A stretch of DNA of 63,740 nt, the filler included, from Candidatus Fermentibacterota bacterium (GTDB lineage: Bacteria; JAFGKV01): assembly GCA_016928395.1 (NCBI GenBank). It is 4 parts of 4 records of this genome, joined end to end, with 100 filler letters (N's around TTAATTAATTAA, not from the genome) between each part and the next. Parts side by side here need not be neighbours in the genome. Positions count along the whole stretch, not along the records: positions 42,783 to 60,539 come from JAFGKV010000100.1; positions 60,640 to 63,740 come from JAFGKV010000105.1; 2 more parts are not named here. The stretch is one strand, 5' to 3'. The notes under the pieces were generated by a model that was not told the DNA's origin, ran no database searches, and saw only the letters and a list, made by a program, of their open reading frames with translations. This document shows, piece by piece, positions 60,379-63,740 of the stretch; the first letter of the stretch is position 1; every line of letters begins with the position of its first letter. Made by a program: the position numbers and the translations under genes.

Positions 60379-60444
60379 ATCGCCGTCTGTTTTTCGGTGC
60401 GAGACGGCCCCGACCGTCTCGCACCCAGGGATCTGCGCGCCTGC

Positions 60445-60539
60445 CTCCATCCCTCCATCATTCCATCCCTCCATCATTCCATCGTTCCATCCCTCCATCA
60501 TTCCATCGTTCCATCGTTCCATTGTTCCATCGTTCCATC
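60445..60539. repeat. TCCATC(A/G/C)(T/C) octamer tandem repeat at contig end
   Basis: About 12 units running into the gap. Confidence 0.85.
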
Positions 60540-60639
60540 NNNNNNNNNNNNNNNNNNNNNNNNNNNNNNNNNNNNNNNNNNNNTTAATTAATTAANNNNN
60601 NNNNNNNNNNNNNNNNNNNNNNNNNNNNNNNNNNNNNNN
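60540..60639. other. Artificial contig-join linker
   Basis: N44-TTAATTAATTAA-N44. Confidence 0.97.
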
Positions 60640-60851
60640 AATGAGTTCGCGAAGAAGAGAAGACCTCGCCGATTCGTCACCCACCGCGCGACTATGACGG
60701 TTCGCGGGTGGGGCACAACGGAGAAAACGGGAACTGGTCCGGCTCGAAAAGAACGGTTACCCGACGACGGAGAACTACAGGCTACGCAGCCATTCACCCG
60801 TCACGCAGACCACTTGACGACTGGAGACATAGAATGTCCCCCAGTTGTTCC

Positions 60852-60947
60852 TCACGGAGTGCCGTTCGGCCTGCTTCAACTGGTCCGGAAGTCTTATCTG
60901 GCGGCTCTGTCGCTCACCAACTTGACTTTTCACCTACGTCCCTAGAC
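60852..60947. repeat. 96-bp direct repeat, copy 1 (IS-end or MITE-like)
   Basis: Ungapped similarity to 62244..62339, ending CACCTACGTCCCTAGAC. Confidence 0.8.
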
Positions 60948-61209
60948 TGTTCCCACACCGCGGCGAAACACACCGGACTTCGCAAGAGAGCCACGGCAAT
61001 CGGCACCCAATGTGACCACTGATGCACATGCTCTACCCTGAACCCTCTTTCGCACCCGGGTCCATCTGACCAGGAGCCTTTCGCCACGGTGATCCCTGAG
61101 CACCTGAGTAGTAACGATTCAGGATTTGACCCCAGAGTCCCCGTTATCAATATGACGTCAGGAGTCGAACGCGCGGGTACCTCGTCGCATGCACACCTCG
61201 GTCCTGCCC

Positions 61210-61482
61210 TCAACCTGCCTTCTCGACGAACCGACCGTTGATGTACTTGTGCAGGACGCTGGAGATGAGCGTCTGGTACGGCAACCCCTCTTGAACAGCC
61301 GCCTTCTGGAAGCGGACAAGATCGCGCTCAGCCATTCGTATGTTCACGCGCTTGTCCTTCCGCAACGTCGCGCGGGCCGCCTCGCGGTACCGAGCCGCCT
61401 CGCGCGGGAAGTCGGGGATACGTCTCCATTCCCCTCGCTCAACGGAATCGAGGAGGCCTTTCTCTTCCTGTGTCAGCTTCAT
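61210..61482 (-). CDS. CopG/RHH antitoxin (BrnA-like)
   Basis: KDKRVNIR...EGLPYQTLISSVLHKY. Confidence 0.85.
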   Translation of the reverse strand: MKLTQEEKGLLDSVERGEWRRIPDFPREAARYREAARATLRKDKRVNIRMAERDLVRFQKAAVQEGLPYQTLISSVLHKYINGRFVEKAG

Positions 61483-61760
61483 GTCGAACCACCTCCAAGA
61501 TACTGCTTCGTCATCTTTCGGCTGGGAATGATCGTCTTCAGGAAGATCGTCTCGTCATCCTCCACGAACGGCACGAGACAAGCATAGCCCTCAACATCAA
61601 CGACAAAGATCCGCTGGCCTGGATACTGACCCTGGTTAGGGTGTTCGATCGTATCGAGCAAGCCTCCGCGTGCCAGGTGGAAGATAATGTCCTCGAACGA
61701 GACGCCACGCTCCCGTCTCAGATTTTCATTCTTCTCCTCGCTCCAGTCGTATGGTTTCAT
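61479..61760 (-). CDS. brnT: BrnT-family toxin
   Basis: YDWSEEKN...RGVSFEDI, HPN..YPGQ, FLKTIIPSRK; ATGA overlap with the antitoxin. Confidence 0.82.
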   Translation of the reverse strand: MKPYDWSEEKNENLRRERGVSFEDIIFHLARGGLLDTIEHPNQGQYPGQRIFVVDVEGYACLVPFVEDDETIFLKTIIPSRKMTKQYLGGGST

Positions 61761-61766
61761 GGTGCA

Positions 61767-61795
61767 AACATATCACGCTGTGTGCATTTTGGCAA
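61767..61795 (-). promoter_or_regulatory. Leaderless-type promoter of brnT
   Basis: Minus strand TTGCCA-17-TATGTT-6-ATG. Confidence 0.55.
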
Positions 61796-62243
61796 CAGCC
61801 GTTTCCGATCTTTGCGGAGAAGAGACCAGGCACATCTGCAATGTGGTAGCCACGTGAGTTGTTCGAGGACTCGTGGGTGACTATTCTAACTATAGAATAG
61901 TCACCGACTCGAGCCTTGCCGGCATTGGATTACGGCGGATGTGACGTGACATGGGGGGACTTCGTCCGTCCGAGGCGGAAACAGCCGGGGACCCGCGCAA
62001 GCTGTCGGCGGGCGGCGCACCAGGTGCGGTGAGTGTGCGCGCGATCCGATCATATCCATCACGGCCCCTGGTGAAGGTCTCTCTCGGAAGAGAGTAGGCT
62101 TCAAGGAAGCCGATACCTTTTGCACGGTCAAGCGGTTCGGGTGCGAGGAACGCCCCTGCCCCCGACAAGCCCGGGAGGACCGCTGGTGCACGGGCCGCAG
62201 AGTGAAGGCTTTCACCTCATGGACTTCCCTCGGTCGACCTCGG

Positions 62244-62339
62244 TCACGGAGTAACGTTCGGCCTGTTTCAACTGGTCCGGAAGTCTTATCTGGCGCCTCC
62301 GTCGCTCAGTAAGTTGACATTGCACCTACGTCCCTAGAC
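62244..62339. repeat. 96-bp direct repeat, copy 2
   Basis: Matches 60852..60947. Confidence 0.8.
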
Positions 62340-62540
62340 CGGGACGTGCAGGTAGGGATGGCGCTTCGCCGTGTCGGATGTCGTGGGGTAGTGCTGGTAC
62401 TCACCGAACGTCGTGAACAAGGTCGGCGTGGTGTCACCGTCGAACGGCCAGACTGGGGGCTGCGGAAGGGCAGCGTCTTGAGATGCCGCCAGCATGACGC
62501 ACGCCGCCCACACAAGGCCTCGGAAGTGTGGCACGGCCAC
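62334..62540 (-). pseudogene. Truncated secreted protein (M23-peptidase-like N-terminus)
   Basis: GGAGG RBS, signal peptide, WPF...TFGEYQ...YLH, then the stop supplied by the repeat end. Confidence 0.45.
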
Positions 62541-62543
62541 GGC

Positions 62544-63740
62544 TCACCTCCCGCGGTCGGCGATGTCGATCCGCATGAGCCGACACCGGTCGCCTGCAGG
62601 GAGGAGGTGCTCCGTGTAGAAGAAGTAGCCCCCATCCTCAGTGAACGTCGTCAGTGAAAGGGGCGCCATGCCTCCCTCAAGCAAGGCGTCCCACAGGGTC
62701 TCACCGCCCGCCCCTATCAGCCATGCGCCCTGCTGAGCACTGGGCCCGTAGATCCCCTGGCTCGCTCCGAACGCCCACCGTCCATCGTCCGAAGACCAGG
62801 CCGCGCCCACCCACCCCGGTGCCGGAGCGGTGAACCGCCAACAACTCTGCGGCCCATCACGCCGCCCTGCCATGATGCCCACGCCAAGGTGCATTCCGAC
62901 CTGGCCCTGAGGCGACATGGCCGCCTCGGCAGATCCCGGAGACTTCGGTTCGTTCTCGGCGTAGACCCTGGAGACGGCCCCATCCGGGCCGTAGAAGAGC
63001 AGCGAATCACCGGCGCTTTGGACCGCAACACCCCCGTTGCCCACCGCGAACCCATCACGGGACTCTGTTTCCCACTGGACAGTCCCGTCGCGACGCCAGA
63101 GCCGAAACACAGGTGGCACGAACTGGGCGAGGGTGAGCCCATCCGGAGAGACCACGAGATCGTCCCCATAGAGTAGGTGCTCACCCGCTCCGGGATACGC
63201 GAACAGGAGCGTTCCCGCCTGATCGAAGATGTCATACCCAACCACCGGCCCGGGGGGCTCGTCCGGCATCTCCTCAGAGCGAAACGCCACGACAGTATTG
63301 CCGCTATCAGAGATCGCCCCGATGCGATCCCCACGCTGCTCCCACGTCGCCACTTCATTCCAGCCCGGATCGTAGACATGCACCGCCCATTCGCCCCCGG
63401 AGAGTGAACCCGTTCGTATGACACCGTACCCGCCATGGCGTGACATCGCCATCACTCCTTGACCACCGCCCTCGGCAACGAGGCTGTCGATCTGCCCGTC
63501 TTCTCCTATCTCCAGCAACGTGCGCCCGTATCCTAGTTTGACCGACACGTGCCCATCGCGCGTGCCGATACACCCACGTGGCGCTCCTACGATGGGCACC
63601 TCCGCCACCTGCGTCACCGTCACGGTTTGGGCGGGTTCCTCGATCCCGATCCGGATCTTCGCCCCCAGCGCCCCCTCCACCCATGCCTGCACGTCGTTCT
63701 CCCCCTCCTGCAGTTCCACCTCCACCGTCACGCTCCCCAC
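62544..63740 (-). CDS. Beta-rich (propeller-like) hypothetical protein, 5' end outside window
   Basis: 398-aa open frame with WD40-like SPDG/DG..W repeats. Confidence 0.6.
   Translation of the reverse strand: MGSVTVEVELQEGENDVQAWVEGALGAKIRIGIEEPAQTVTVTQVAEVPIVGAPRGCIGTRDGHVSVKLGYGRTLLEIGEDGQIDSLVAEGGGQGVMAMSRHGGYGVIRTGSLSGGEWAVHVYDPGWNEVATWEQRGDRIGAISDSGNTVVAFRSEEMPDEPPGPVVGYDIFDQAGTLLFAYPGAGEHLLYGDDLVVSPDGLTLAQFVPPVFRLWRRDGTVQWETESRDGFAVGNGGVAVQSAGDSLLFYGPDGAVSRVYAENEPKSPGSAEAAMSPQGQVGMHLGVGIMAGRRDGPQSCWRFTAPAPGWVGAAWSSDDGRWAFGASQGIYGPSAQQGAWLIGAGGETLWDALLEGGMAPLSLTTFTEDGGYFFYTEHLLPAGDRCRLMRIDIADRGR

Overview
GC-rich bacterial sequence, probably from a diderm, made of four contigs joined by artificial 100-nt N/TTAATTAATTAA linkers (20429-20528, 42683-42782, 60540-60639), so adjacency across those joins is not established. 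Contig 1 (1-20428): a cell-envelope modification cluster (three GT-C/ArnT-like membrane glycosyltransferases, a flippase-like protein, a hexapeptide acyltransferase, five SGNH-fold proteins, the 3' end of an AlgX/AlgJ-like gene), followed by a DASS transporter and a beta-barrel. Contig 2 (20529-42682): a defence/accessory island. It opens with an integron remnant whose integrase is cut at its catalytic RH motif by a palindromic TTATGCCG-type end, followed by attC-bounded cassettes (hydrolase, vapBC, cupin). Next is a Type I R-M system (hsdR, hsdM, hsdS) interleaved with REP-like repeats and self-promoted TA modules. Downstream, the 3' end of hsdS recurs four times as synonymously diverged direct repeats, each followed by different cargo: a PIN-like gene, a toxin-antitoxin-SecB (TAC) triad, an RCC1-repeat gene, and an XRE-ImmA/IrrE plus PIN pair. 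This hsdS-tail cassette array is the most novel-looking feature. Contig 3: tRNA-Arg and tRNA-Pro, hemerythrin, a NarL-type two-component pair, a complete phoBR-porin-pstSCAB-phoU locus with 11-bp-periodic Pho boxes, and a lipoprotein/OMP operon. Contig 4: a BrnT/BrnA-type TA between 96-bp direct repeats, and partial secreted-protein genes. All family calls come from reading motifs by eye; no searches were run.
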